From: Sedimentisphaerales bacterium
GTDB lineage: Bacteria; Planctomycetota; Phycisphaerae; Sedimentisphaerales; Anaerobacaceae
Assembly (NCBI GenBank): GCA_963708075.1
Contig: OY970194.1
Span: 7,136,001 to 7,200,000, forward strand
Direction: 5' to 3'
DNA length: 64,000 nt
Part shown: in pieces, positions 1 to 9,492 of the stretch
Numbering within the stretch: the first letter of the stretch is position 1
How the letters are laid out: each line of letters begins with the position of its first letter
Notes under the pieces: model-generated
What the model was told of the DNA's origin: nothing
The model's database searches: none
What the model saw: the letters and a program-made list of their open reading frames with translations, nothing else
Translations under genes and position numbers: made by a program

Positions 1-1
1 C

Positions 2-1345
2 TGGAGCCAGAAGGGCAACTTCCTCAGCGTGCCCACCGACTGTCCGCAGCGCGACGAGCGTTTGGGCTGGATGGGCGACGCCCAGGTGTTCCTGCGTACG
101 GCCACGTACAACATGGACGTGGCTGCTTTCTTCACCAAGTGGATGATGGACGTGGAGGACGCCCAGACGCACGACGGCATCTTCCCGGATACGGCCCCGC
201 GTCTGCGCGAAGACGAGGACTTTGTCGGCTTGGACGGTCTTGGCGGAGCGGCAGGATGGGCCGACGCCGGTGTGATCGTTCCCTGGACGGTCTGGCGCGT
301 ATACAACGACCGGCGAATCATTGAGCGGCACTACAACGCCATGGTCGCGTGGTTGGACTATATCGAGCGAGCCAACCCGGACGGCGTACGCAGAAACGAG
401 CTGGGCAACAACTATGGGGACTGGCTGTGCATCCCCTCCGACACGACCTTTCGCACGCAATCGCCGATGAAGACCCTGCTGGCCACGGCCTACTGGGCCG
501 ACGATGCCGCGAAGTTGTCGCGTATGGCGCAGGAGATCGGACGCAAGCAAGATGCCGGGCGTTTTCTGGCCATGTTCGAGCACGTGCGACAGGCATTTCA
601 GAAAGAGTATCTCTCAGACAATGGCCGGCTGACCGTCGAGACGCAGACCGCCTACCTGCTTGCGTTGGCGTTCGACCTGTTGCCTGTGGAGGTAAGGCCG
701 CTCGCGGCGGAGCACTTGGTAGAGAACATCAAGAGCTTAGACTGGCACCTGAGCACGGGATTCATCGGCATCAGCCACCTGAATCCCACCTTGACGGCCA
801 TGCGGCGGCCCGATGTGGCTTGGCGTCTGCTGCTCAATGAGGACTATCCATCGTGGCTCTACCCGGTACGTTACGGCGCGACAACGATCTGGGAGCGTTG
901 GAACGGATGGACCGAAGAAGACGGCTTCTTCAATCCGCAGATGAATTCGTTCAACCATTATTCCCTCGGGTCCGTCGGTGAGTGGTTGTATCGTTGTGTC
1001 GCCGGCATCGAGCTCGACCCGCAGGTCAACGCCTTCAAGCGGTTCCTGATCCGGCCCTATCCCGGCGGCGGATTGAAATATGCTCAGGCTGCATACCAGT
1101 CCATACACGGCACCATAGAGAGTCGTTGGGAGCGGCAGGGCGACGCCTTCACGCTGAGTGTCACAATTCCGGCCAGCACCCGCGCACGGGTCTATGTGTC
1201 ATGCGACAAAGCCACGCCTGTTCTGGAGGGCGGAAAACCTGCAGAAGAGGTCCCTGGGATAGAGCGCATCGGAATCGAGGGGCCGTTTGCCGTGTACGAC
1301 GTTCCTGCGGGGCGATATAGCTTCACAAGCACATACTCCGGCTGA
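2..1345 (+). CDS. Alpha-L-rhamnosidase (GH78), 5'-truncated by window edge
   Basis: Frame open from position 2 (WSQKGNFLSVPTDCPQRDERLGWMGDAQ). GH78 motifs PTDCPQRDERLGW, YGDWL, GATTIWERW, MNSFNHY. Confidence 0.93.
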   Translation, partial: WSQKGNFLSVPTDCPQRDERLGWMGDAQVFLRTATYNMDVAAFFTKWMMDVEDAQTHDGIFPDTAPRLREDEDFVGLDGLGGAAGWADAGVIVPWTVWRVYNDRRIIERHYNAMVAWLDYIERANPDGVRRNELGNNYGDWLCIPSDTTFRTQSPMKTLLATAYWADDAAKLSRMAQEIGRKQDAGRFLAMFEHVRQAFQKEYLSDNGRLTVETQTAYLLALAFDLLPVEVRPLAAEHLVENIKSLDWHLSTGFIGISHLNPTLTAMRRPDVAWRLLLNEDYPSWLYPVRYGATTIWERWNGWTEEDGFFNPQMNSFNHYSLGSVGEWLYRCVAGIELDPQVNAFKRFLIRPYPGGGLKYAQAAYQSIHGTIESRWERQGDAFTLSVTIPASTRARVYVSCDKATPVLEGGKPAEEVPGIERIGIEGPFAVYDVPAGRYSFTSTYSG

Positions 1346-1366
1346 CGGTGCTGTGGACGATACCAT

Positions 1367-3532
1367 CTACTTGTCGAGGTTAGCTACTTGCTGTCTGAAC
1401 AGCGCCAGTTCCTCGTCATATAAGGGCAACATCTGCTGCCAGTGGAAATAGTAGGGCTTGTCGTCCTTCCAGCCCCGGATGGGAATTCGCCGATGCCCCG
1501 TCTGGAGTGTGTTCGCGTACCGGTAGGTCTGGGCCGTGCATTCCGCGAGCGTTCGATAGACCTTCAGACTTTTCTCCAGGTGCACCATCGCCTTCTGCAT
1601 ATCCTCCTTGTCCCGGCTGTAGCCGTAACGCAACACCAGTATCGCCGCGCGGACTTTCTCCGCATAAGTCTGGCTCACAAGCTGAATGCAGTGCATGTCA
1701 TTGCGCAGCCGCTCGAACTCCTCCCGATTCTTCGTTACCAGCGGCGCCGCTTTCTCAATCGCCTCCACCGCCTGGGCGGCAAACCGTGATGCGTCCTCGA
1801 TCACCGACAACGGCGTTTCGCCCTCGTGTTTCTGGCCGGCCCATTCCTTTCTCGCATACTCCTGCAGCCGCTCTCCCGGAGGCGCCTGCCACTCCCACAA
1901 ACCGTTAAAGGGGCCGTACGGTTCAGGATTCACCAATTGGTCCAGGAACATCCCCAGCGAGAAGGTTTGGCGATTGCCCTCGGTGATCCCGAATCGCCGC
2001 AGCAGCATCGGTGCGCAGTTGCCGGAATCGTTGTAGGCTGACAAAATCAGCTCGGCCGCCTGCTCATTGCCAAAAGTCTCCGTGAGCCGCTCCACCCAGT
2101 ATCGATGATCGGCCTTCGGATCGCGATCCGGCTGCCACAAGTAGCGTGCCCACGCCTCGAACCAGATCCAGTCCCGCCGGTACTGCTTCTCATGTGGATT
2201 GACGTTGTCCGGCGTATTCGGCCAATCCCAATATGCCAGCGGATACAGGTGCAACCCCTGAGCGCCCAGCCGGTCCCGGCAGGCCAGCACGCTCTTGCGA
2301 ATGAACTCCGTGGCGCCATATCGGAACGGCTCCAGGTTCGACAGCAGATGAACGTTGACCACGTGGGTAGAGCCCGATCGGCTCAGGTCCAGGTGCACCT
2401 GCTGTCCCTGGCCGCGCGGCTCATATGTGGTCAGCGACTCCCCGTTGTACTTGGCCATGGTATAGAGATTCTTGTAGTGCTTCAGCGCCGATTCCATCAA
2501 GGCCTTGGGGTCCGACACCGAGTGCGCCCGCACGACGATGGGCGGCTCTTCGGTCATTCCGAGCCGCTTCATCGCATCCTTCACGCCTTCGATCACCGTT
2601 TCATTCATCCACTTCTCCTGGTTCTCCTGGCCAACCAGGGCTTCCCCCAGGCAAACCAGCAGCCCGACGTTCGGATATGTCTCCATGAACTTCGCAATCG
2701 ACTTGCGGTTGTAGTCCGAAACCAACTCCGTCGGCGCGGCATGCTGTGTCTCAATCCCGTGATGCTCAGCAAAGGGCTTGGACACGAAGATGTTGTAGAA
2801 CATCTGGACCACCCAGATTCCTCGCTTACCCGCCTCCTCCGTCAGAAAGCGGTACATCTGGACGTTGCGCTGATACACTTCCTCGGACACTTCCAGGGCG
2901 TACGGATATTCCTCCAGCTTCACCAGTGACGCGAACGGATGTCCATTCCACAGGTACAGCGTGTTGAACCGATTCTCGACGAGGAAGTCAAGGTACTCGA
3001 TCCACTGGGCCTTATCATAGAAGAACGGGAAGTTCTCCGGCGTGTACGGATACTCGTAGGTGTCTCGGCCGGGCAGAATCGACGTCAACTGCATGGCGAC
3101 ACAAGGCCCGCGCAGGTGGAATGCGGGACCGTCCGTCACGTCCAATTCGGCCGGCAGTCTCCCGGCGGCGATCACACGCCGAGATAGCTCCAGGCATCCA
3201 TAGAGCGCCCCCGAATCTCCAAAACCCGTCACCTGATAAGAGCCATCTGCTTCGCGCAGCAACTGGAAGCCCTCCGCAGTGGTCAACCGATTCCGGATCT
3301 CCCGGGCCACAGTCACTGTAATAAGCGGCAAGACCGATTCAGACTCAGCCTTCATCATCGGTTCATAACCCACACGCTGGAGGGCACCGCTCAGACGTTC
3401 CGCCCCGAACTTCACCCTGGCCGATGCGTCGCTGTCCAGATGGATTCCAACCCGTCCGGAGGCGGCTATTGTTATATCGGGACCCATCCCCAACCACAGG
3501 ATCGTCAGCCATACAGAAAGTGCTTTTCTCAT
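1367..3532 (-). CDS. Secreted glycoside hydrolase, likely GH138-like alpha-galacturonidase
   Basis: N-terminal signal peptide. The stretch YEYPYTPENFPFFYDK..WIEYLD.LVENR.N.LYLWNGHPFASLVKL..YPYALEV matches my recollection of the Bacteroides RG-II GH138 family. Pectin-locus context. Confidence 0.7.
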   Translation of the reverse strand: MRKALSVWLTILWLGMGPDITIAASGRVGIHLDSDASARVKFGAERLSGALQRVGYEPMMKAESESVLPLITVTVAREIRNRLTTAEGFQLLREADGSYQVTGFGDSGALYGCLELSRRVIAAGRLPAELDVTDGPAFHLRGPCVAMQLTSILPGRDTYEYPYTPENFPFFYDKAQWIEYLDFLVENRFNTLYLWNGHPFASLVKLEEYPYALEVSEEVYQRNVQMYRFLTEEAGKRGIWVVQMFYNIFVSKPFAEHHGIETQHAAPTELVSDYNRKSIAKFMETYPNVGLLVCLGEALVGQENQEKWMNETVIEGVKDAMKRLGMTEEPPIVVRAHSVSDPKALMESALKHYKNLYTMAKYNGESLTTYEPRGQGQQVHLDLSRSGSTHVVNVHLLSNLEPFRYGATEFIRKSVLACRDRLGAQGLHLYPLAYWDWPNTPDNVNPHEKQYRRDWIWFEAWARYLWQPDRDPKADHRYWVERLTETFGNEQAAELILSAYNDSGNCAPMLLRRFGITEGNRQTFSLGMFLDQLVNPEPYGPFNGLWEWQAPPGERLQEYARKEWAGQKHEGETPLSVIEDASRFAAQAVEAIEKAAPLVTKNREEFERLRNDMHCIQLVSQTYAEKVRAAILVLRYGYSRDKEDMQKAMVHLEKSLKVYRTLAECTAQTYRYANTLQTGHRRIPIRGWKDDKPYYFHWQQMLPLYDEELALFRQQVANLDK

Positions 3533-3703
3533 TCAGCAGCCCTTTTTCTTTGTTATAACACGACAGAGTGTGAGACTCAACAGAAGAGGACATAAAGGGT
3601 ATGCGGCGGGGAGGGGCATGGCTCTGTGACCCATTGACGAGAATCCGAGGTGCGTTATGATGTGCATATGCCGGAAAGCCACGGGACCACAGGAGTTCTA
3701 TCG

Positions 3704-5329
3704 ATGAATCCGATTGGTTTCAGATTCCTTCTTGTCGCCTGTTCTATCATCAGTGCGGCCAGTGCGTCCGACATTCCGCCGGAGCGGATGCGGGCCATCT
3801 ATGAGGAGGTGAAGACGCCGTACAAGTACGGCATTGTCATTCCCGCGCCCGAGGGCAAGAAGGTGGATTGTCCGACGGTCTTCCGGCACGAGGACCGCTG
3901 GTACATGGTCTATGTCCAGCTCGAGAACGAACCTCAGGGGTACACGACGCAGGTGGCCGTGAGCGACGACCTGCTGCGCTGGCAGGCTAAGGGCACAATC
4001 CTTGCTCGCGGCGACGGGGACGCTTGGGACAAAGCCAACGCCGCCGGCGGCATCGCACTTGCCGATACGCGGTGGGGTGGCGACGGGACTCTCGGTACTC
4101 ACGAGGGACGCTACTGGGTGTCATACTTAGGGGGCGCGAAGCCCGGCTATGAGACGCCGCCGCTGTCTATCGGCATGGCCTCGACGCTCGATCCCACGTC
4201 TGTGACCGGGTGGGAGAGATTGCCTGCGCCGATTCTGCGGCCGGGCGACAAGGACGCGCGTCCCTTTGAGACCGACACGCTCTTCAAGAGTTTCATCTTT
4301 CGCGACGCCACGGCTGCACTTGGGGCGCCTTTCGTCATGTACTACAACGCTCGCCCGCCGCGCGGCGATGAGGCCATCGGCATCGCCGTCTCTCAGGATC
4401 TGCGAACATGGCGGCGCTACGGCGATGAGCCGGTCATCGTGAATCCGCGACCGCCGGGGTTGAAGCATGGCGTTATCAGCGGGGATCCGCAGGTTGTGCG
4501 CATAGGTGACCTGTGGGTCATGTTCTATTTCGGGGCGTTCTGGAAGCCCAAGGCCTTTGACACCTTCGCAGCTTCTCCCGACCTTGTTCACTGGACCCGC
4601 TGGGACGGACCTCACCTGATCGAGCCTTCCGAGCCCTGGGATAACGAGTTTGCCCACAAGCCGTGGGTTCTCAAGCACGGTGGCGTCGTTTATCATTTCT
4701 ACTGCGCGGTCGGCAATCAGGGACGGGCCATCGCGCTGGCCACTTCCCGCCCCATGAGAGAGGCCGGGACTGTCGGCCCGATGTCTGCAAGCGATCCGGA
4801 CGCGGACTACACTCGCGTTATCACGGGGCGTGCCGACAATATCGTGAAAGCCCTGGAAATTGCAGATGCCGACAAGAAGGCCAGGATCCGGGATATCATT
4901 GTGCAGCAGTATCGCGACCTGAATGTCATTCACACCCAGCGCGATAAAGAGATCGAGGCTGCAAAGACTGCGATGGATAAGGCATCCGCCGAGGCCCGTG
5001 TAAAGAGTATCCGGGAACAGGCGGATTCGCGCGTCAAGCAACTGCACCAGAGTTACCTCGCTAAGCTCTCGGCAGAACTGACGCCCGCGCAGGTGGACCA
5101 AGTCAAGGATGGCATGACGTATGGAACTCTCCCCGTGACCTACCGTGCGTACCTGGCGCAGGTCCCGGAGCTGACGGACGCCCAGAAGCAGCAGATCATG
5201 ACGTATCTGGTGGAGGCACGCGAACTGGCGATGGATGGGGGGACCTCCGAGGAAAAGCACGCGGTGTTTCGCAAATACAAGGGCAAGATCAACAACTACC
5301 TCTCTGCACAGGGGTACAAGCTGAAATAG
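3704..5329 (+). CDS. Fusion: GH137-like five-bladed beta-propeller (beta-L-arabinofuranosidase-like) + C-terminal DUF3826
   Basis: ATG 3704 follows AGGAG; signal peptide. IYEEVKTPYKYG..VDCPTVFR, GYE, AHKP.V.....VYHFYCAV (GH137-like). After ~4780: VKDGMTYG...VTY.AY, EARELAMD, KHA.F.KYKGKINNYL (DUF3826-like). Confidence 0.75.
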   Translation: MNPIGFRFLLVACSIISAASASDIPPERMRAIYEEVKTPYKYGIVIPAPEGKKVDCPTVFRHEDRWYMVYVQLENEPQGYTTQVAVSDDLLRWQAKGTILARGDGDAWDKANAAGGIALADTRWGGDGTLGTHEGRYWVSYLGGAKPGYETPPLSIGMASTLDPTSVTGWERLPAPILRPGDKDARPFETDTLFKSFIFRDATAALGAPFVMYYNARPPRGDEAIGIAVSQDLRTWRRYGDEPVIVNPRPPGLKHGVISGDPQVVRIGDLWVMFYFGAFWKPKAFDTFAASPDLVHWTRWDGPHLIEPSEPWDNEFAHKPWVLKHGGVVYHFYCAVGNQGRAIALATSRPMREAGTVGPMSASDPDADYTRVITGRADNIVKALEIADADKKARIRDIIVQQYRDLNVIHTQRDKEIEAAKTAMDKASAEARVKSIREQADSRVKQLHQSYLAKLSAELTPAQVDQVKDGMTYGTLPVTYRAYLAQVPELTDAQKQQIMTYLVEARELAMDGGTSEEKHAVFRKYKGKINNYLSAQGYKLK

Positions 5330-5336
5330 GTGGGCG

Positions 5337-8300
5337 ATGCGGAGTAGTCCTTATGGCTGGCGGTCTGTACATCCATTCCACATGGGTGTATTGGCTTGCC
5401 TTACCGGCCTGATCGGATTGGCGGACCTTCATGCGGCCTGGGACCCTCGGACCAGGCCGCCCGTGTCTCAGGGACGTGACCGGCGGTTGGTGTATTCGGC
5501 CGATGAGCGGGGCAATCGCATCCCGGATTTCTCCTATTGCGGGTACATGGCGGCGGAGCGGCCGATTCCCGATGTGCCGATTCGCGTCGTAGTCCCCGTG
5601 CTTCCGGGCGACGCCACACAGCGCATTCAAAAGGCCCTGGACTATGTGGCGTCCCTGCCGGCGGATGCCAATGGCATCCGCGGCGCGGTGCTGCTGCAAG
5701 AAGGTATGTACGATGTGTCCGGGAGCCTGAAGATCGCCGCCGGCGGCGTCGTCCTGCGAGGCAGCGGCATGGGGCAGGGGGGCACGGTGCTGCTCGGCAC
5801 GGGGCAATGCCGCGACACGCTCATCTGCATAAAGGGCAGAAATGACAGGAAGACCGGGGCTCCGGCGCGCGTCACCGATTCGTTTGTGCCGGTCAACGCA
5901 AGTACTGTGCGGGTGGATGCGTCACATTCATTTCGTCCAGGGGACCAGATTCTGGTGCACCGACCCAGCACGAAGGAATGGATCCAGACGCTGGGCACGG
6001 AGCACTTCGGTGGCGGCATCACGTACCTGGGATGGAAGCCCGGCAGCCGTGATTTGTATTGGGATCGGACAGTAGCGTCCGTCGAGGGTGACCGGATCAC
6101 TCTGGATGCTCCATTGACCACGGCCCTGGATGCGGCTTATGGGGGAGGCAGCGTCGCAGCCTACCAGTGGCCCGGGCGCATCACGCAGGTGGGAATTGAG
6201 AATCTCTGCTGTCGATCAACTTTTGATGAGGGTAATCCCAAGGACGAAGCTCACCGCTGGATGGCTGTGACCTTGGAAAACGTGAGTGACGCCTGGGTGC
6301 GACAGGTGGTGTTCGAGCACTTTGTCGGCTCTGCGGTCGCTGTTCTGGAAACCGCCAGGCGTGTCACCGTGGAAGACTGCAAGTCATTAGCCCCAGTGTC
6401 CGAGATTGGCGGCCAGCGACGCAATACCTTCTGGACGATGGGGCAGCAGATCCTCTTTCAGCGTTTGTACGCGGAACATGGCTATCATGATTTCGCTGTC
6501 GGTTTCTGTGCGGCCGGTCCGAACGCCTTTGTGCAGTGCGAGTCGAGCCGGCCCTTCAACTTCAGCGGCGGCATCGACAGTTGGGCCTCGGGCGTGCTGT
6601 TCGACATCGTGAATATCGACGGCCACGCTCTCAGCCTGTTCAACCGTTCGCAAGATGCCCAGGGCGCCGGCTGGAACGCCGCGAATAGCGTTCTGTGGCA
6701 GTGCTCTGCCTCGCGGATTGACTGCTACTCGCCGCCTGCCGCCTGCAACTGGGCCTTCGGTTCCTGGGCCGAGTTTGCGGGCAATGGGTACTGGGAGGAA
6801 TCGAACAGTCACATACAGCCTCGGAGCCTGTATTACGCTCAGCTCCAGGACCGTCTGGGCGAGCGGACTCGCTCTCGCGTGCATCTGCTGCCGGTGAGCA
6901 CCGAGGCCTCCAGCAGTCCCCGCCCGGAGCAGGCCGCGGCCCTGACGGCGCAGTCCCGTACTCCACCCCTGTTACTCTGCGACTGGATCGATCAGGCGGC
7001 CCAACGACAACTCATCCCTACGTCTCATGCGGATATCAAGACCATCGACCAGATCGGATACCAGGAGCGGCCTGTCTCCAGGCAAGCCAACCGGGGTATG
7101 CACATCGAGAACGGCTGGCTTGTCTACGGCAACGCTGTCGTGACGGGCAAACGGCAGGGCGTGCAGTGGTGGAGCGGAGGCGTCCGGCCGCTCGACGTCG
7201 CGAAGGCGGCACCCCATGTCACTCGTTTTGTGCCGGGCCGCAGCGGTACCGGACTGACAGATGATCTGGGCGAAGTGACCGACGGGATGCGGGAACGCGG
7301 GCAGGTGGCGCTGGAGCATAACTACGGGCTATGGTATGAGCGGCGACGCGACGATCACGAGCGTGTGCGCCGGATGGATGGCGACGTGTGGCCGCCATTC
7401 TATGAATTGCCTTTTGCGCGGAGCGGGCAGGGCACAGCCTTCGACGGACTGAGCCGATATGATTTGACGAAGTACAACCCCTGGTACTGGATGCGCCTGA
7501 GACAATTCGCCGATCTGGCGGACCAGAAGGGGCTGGTGCTCATCCACCAGAATTACTTCCAGCACAATATCATCGAGGCGGGGGCCCATTGGACGGATTT
7601 CCCCTGGCGTCCGGCGAACAACGTCAACGACACGGGATTTCCGGAGCCTCCGCCTTATGCCGGGGACAAACGGATCTTCCTGGCGGAGCAGTTCTATGGT
7701 GTCAACCATCCGGTTCGGCGGCCGCTGCATCGGGCATACATACGCCAGTGCCTGAACAACTTCGCGGATAACAGCGGCGTCATTCAATTCATCGGGGCTG
7801 AGTACACGGGGCCGCTGCACTTCGTGCAGTTCTGGATCGATACTATCGCCGAATGGGAACAGGAGACCGGCAAACATGCCATCGTGGGACTGAGTGTCAC
7901 CAGGGACGTGCAGGATGCCATCCTGGCTGACCCGGTCCGTTCATCCGTAGTGGACGTCGTGGATATCCGCGCCTGGCACTATCGCAGCGACGGGAGCCTG
8001 TACAGCCCTGCAGGCGGACAGAGTCTGGCGCCGCGTCAGCACGCCCGGCTGGTCCCGCCCGGCAAGACCTCGCTTGAGCACGTATACCGGGCGGTTCGCG
8101 AATATCGACAACGCTATCCGGACAAAGCCATCATGTTCTCCGCGGACTTGAGCGACAATCTGGCCTGGGCGGTGTTCATGGCGGGAGGATCATTGGCCGG
8201 GATTCCCAGGATAGCAGCGGGTGGACTCCTTGCATCTGCCACGTCCATGCGCCCCGTGGACTTGCCGGGCAACCCTGCCGAGCAGTGGGCCCTGGGCAAT

Positions 8301-8510
8301 GCGAAAAAGGAATTCATTGTCTATAGTCGTTTACCCAATCCCATAACGCTGGATGCGAATATGACAGCAGGCTTGGCGACGGCACGCTGGATTGATCCCA
8401 GAGATGGCTCGCTGCTGGGGGAACAGAGGCTTGATCCGGGTACCGGGAGTACAGAGCTGAAAAGCCCGACATCCGGCCCGGTGGTGGTGTGGCTGACACA
8501 GTCGCAGTGA
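5337..8510 (+). CDS. Large secreted carbohydrate-active protein: pectin-lyase-like beta-helix + DUF6298-like TIM barrel + C-terminal beta domain
   Basis: IPDFSYCGY, GAVLL..G.Y, SGVVLRG-like repeats (beta-helix). HNYGLWYERRRDDHER, DLTKYNPWYW.RL (DUF6298-like). C-terminal ARWIDPR.G. The start could be a few codons downstream. Confidence 0.7.
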   Translation: MRSSPYGWRSVHPFHMGVLACLTGLIGLADLHAAWDPRTRPPVSQGRDRRLVYSADERGNRIPDFSYCGYMAAERPIPDVPIRVVVPVLPGDATQRIQKALDYVASLPADANGIRGAVLLQEGMYDVSGSLKIAAGGVVLRGSGMGQGGTVLLGTGQCRDTLICIKGRNDRKTGAPARVTDSFVPVNASTVRVDASHSFRPGDQILVHRPSTKEWIQTLGTEHFGGGITYLGWKPGSRDLYWDRTVASVEGDRITLDAPLTTALDAAYGGGSVAAYQWPGRITQVGIENLCCRSTFDEGNPKDEAHRWMAVTLENVSDAWVRQVVFEHFVGSAVAVLETARRVTVEDCKSLAPVSEIGGQRRNTFWTMGQQILFQRLYAEHGYHDFAVGFCAAGPNAFVQCESSRPFNFSGGIDSWASGVLFDIVNIDGHALSLFNRSQDAQGAGWNAANSVLWQCSASRIDCYSPPAACNWAFGSWAEFAGNGYWEESNSHIQPRSLYYAQLQDRLGERTRSRVHLLPVSTEASSSPRPEQAAALTAQSRTPPLLLCDWIDQAAQRQLIPTSHADIKTIDQIGYQERPVSRQANRGMHIENGWLVYGNAVVTGKRQGVQWWSGGVRPLDVAKAAPHVTRFVPGRSGTGLTDDLGEVTDGMRERGQVALEHNYGLWYERRRDDHERVRRMDGDVWPPFYELPFARSGQGTAFDGLSRYDLTKYNPWYWMRLRQFADLADQKGLVLIHQNYFQHNIIEAGAHWTDFPWRPANNVNDTGFPEPPPYAGDKRIFLAEQFYGVNHPVRRPLHRAYIRQCLNNFADNSGVIQFIGAEYTGPLHFVQFWIDTIAEWEQETGKHAIVGLSVTRDVQDAILADPVRSSVVDVVDIRAWHYRSDGSLYSPAGGQSLAPRQHARLVPPGKTSLEHVYRAVREYRQRYPDKAIMFSADLSDNLAWAVFMAGGSLAGIPRIAAGGLLASATSMRPVDLPGNPAEQWALGNAKKEFIVYSRLPNPITLDANMTAGLATARWIDPRDGSLLGEQRLDPGTGSTELKSPTSGPVVVWLTQSQ

Positions 8511-8531
8511 TTACGAATGATGGAGGATGGC

Positions 8532-9449
8532 ATGCGAGCAGATTGGTCAATGAGCCGGCGTCACTTCATGGGTGCAACTGTGGCAGCGGGGCTGTTCTCT
8601 TCCGGGGCTGGGGCGTGGGTCGAGGAGGGGGCCGTACAACCTGCCGTCAAGCAGCGGTACAAAATTGGCGTATGCGACTGGATGATCCTCAAACGTCAGC
8701 AGCTTGGTGCGTTCAAATGGACGGCTCAGATCGCCGCTGATGGCGTGGAAGTGGATATGGGCAGCCTGGGCCAGCGTGAGACCTTCGACAACAAGCTCGT
8801 GGATCCGGCGGTGCGACAGCAGTTCCTGGATGAAGCACGCAGATTCAATCTGCAGATCTGCTCTCTCGCGATGTCCGGGTTTTATGCCCAGTCGTTTGCC
8901 GAGCGTCCCACTGTGCCCCGCATGTTACAGGACTGCATCGACACGATGAATCCGATGAATGTCAAAGTGGCGTTCCTACCCTTGGGGGTGCGAGGCGATC
9001 TGGTCAAATACCCGGAATTGCGTCCCGCCATTGTAGAGCGGCTCAAAGCGGTGGGGCCCAGAGCCGAAGAAGCCGGTGTGGTGATCGGTGTAGAGACCGC
9101 GCTGGATGCAGCCGGGGACGTCAAGCTTCTTGACGACATCGGCTCGCCGGCTGTTCGCATCTATTTCAACTTCGCCAATGCCCTGCAGAATGGTCGTGAT
9201 CTGTGCAAGGAGCTGCAAATCCTCGGCAAAGACCGCATCTGTCAAATTCATTGCACGGACGAGGACGGCGTATGGCTCCAGGACAATCCGCGCATCGATA
9301 TGCCCAAGGTCAAGCAGACGCTCGACGATATGGGCTGGGGCGGATGGCTCGTGATCGAGCGGTCCCGCAGCGCCAAGAACGCCCGTGACGTGGTGTGGAA
9401 CTTCGGCGCCAACACCCGGTACCTGAAATCCATCTTTGAGGCAAGGTGA
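8532..9449 (+). CDS. Tat-exported sugar phosphate isomerase/epimerase family (xylose isomerase-like TIM barrel)
   Basis: GGAGG before ATG 8532; twin-arginine SRRHFMG; metal-ligand motifs GVET, QIHCTD, LVIER. Confidence 0.85.
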   Translation: MRADWSMSRRHFMGATVAAGLFSSGAGAWVEEGAVQPAVKQRYKIGVCDWMILKRQQLGAFKWTAQIAADGVEVDMGSLGQRETFDNKLVDPAVRQQFLDEARRFNLQICSLAMSGFYAQSFAERPTVPRMLQDCIDTMNPMNVKVAFLPLGVRGDLVKYPELRPAIVERLKAVGPRAEEAGVVIGVETALDAAGDVKLLDDIGSPAVRIYFNFANALQNGRDLCKELQILGKDRICQIHCTDEDGVWLQDNPRIDMPKVKQTLDDMGWGGWLVIERSRSAKNARDVVWNFGANTRYLKSIFEAR

Positions 9450-9464
9450 ATTCCACACCCTGCT

Positions 9465-9492
9465 GTGGAGACGCAAGACCCCGCGTCTCTAC
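9465..9492. repeat. REP-like palindrome GTAGAGACGC-N8-GCGTCTCCAC (minus strand), overlapping the stop codon of the LamG gene
   Basis: gtggagacgc aagacccc gcgtctctac lies between convergent genes. The GTAG end supplies the TAG stop (9489-9491). Confidence 0.7.
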
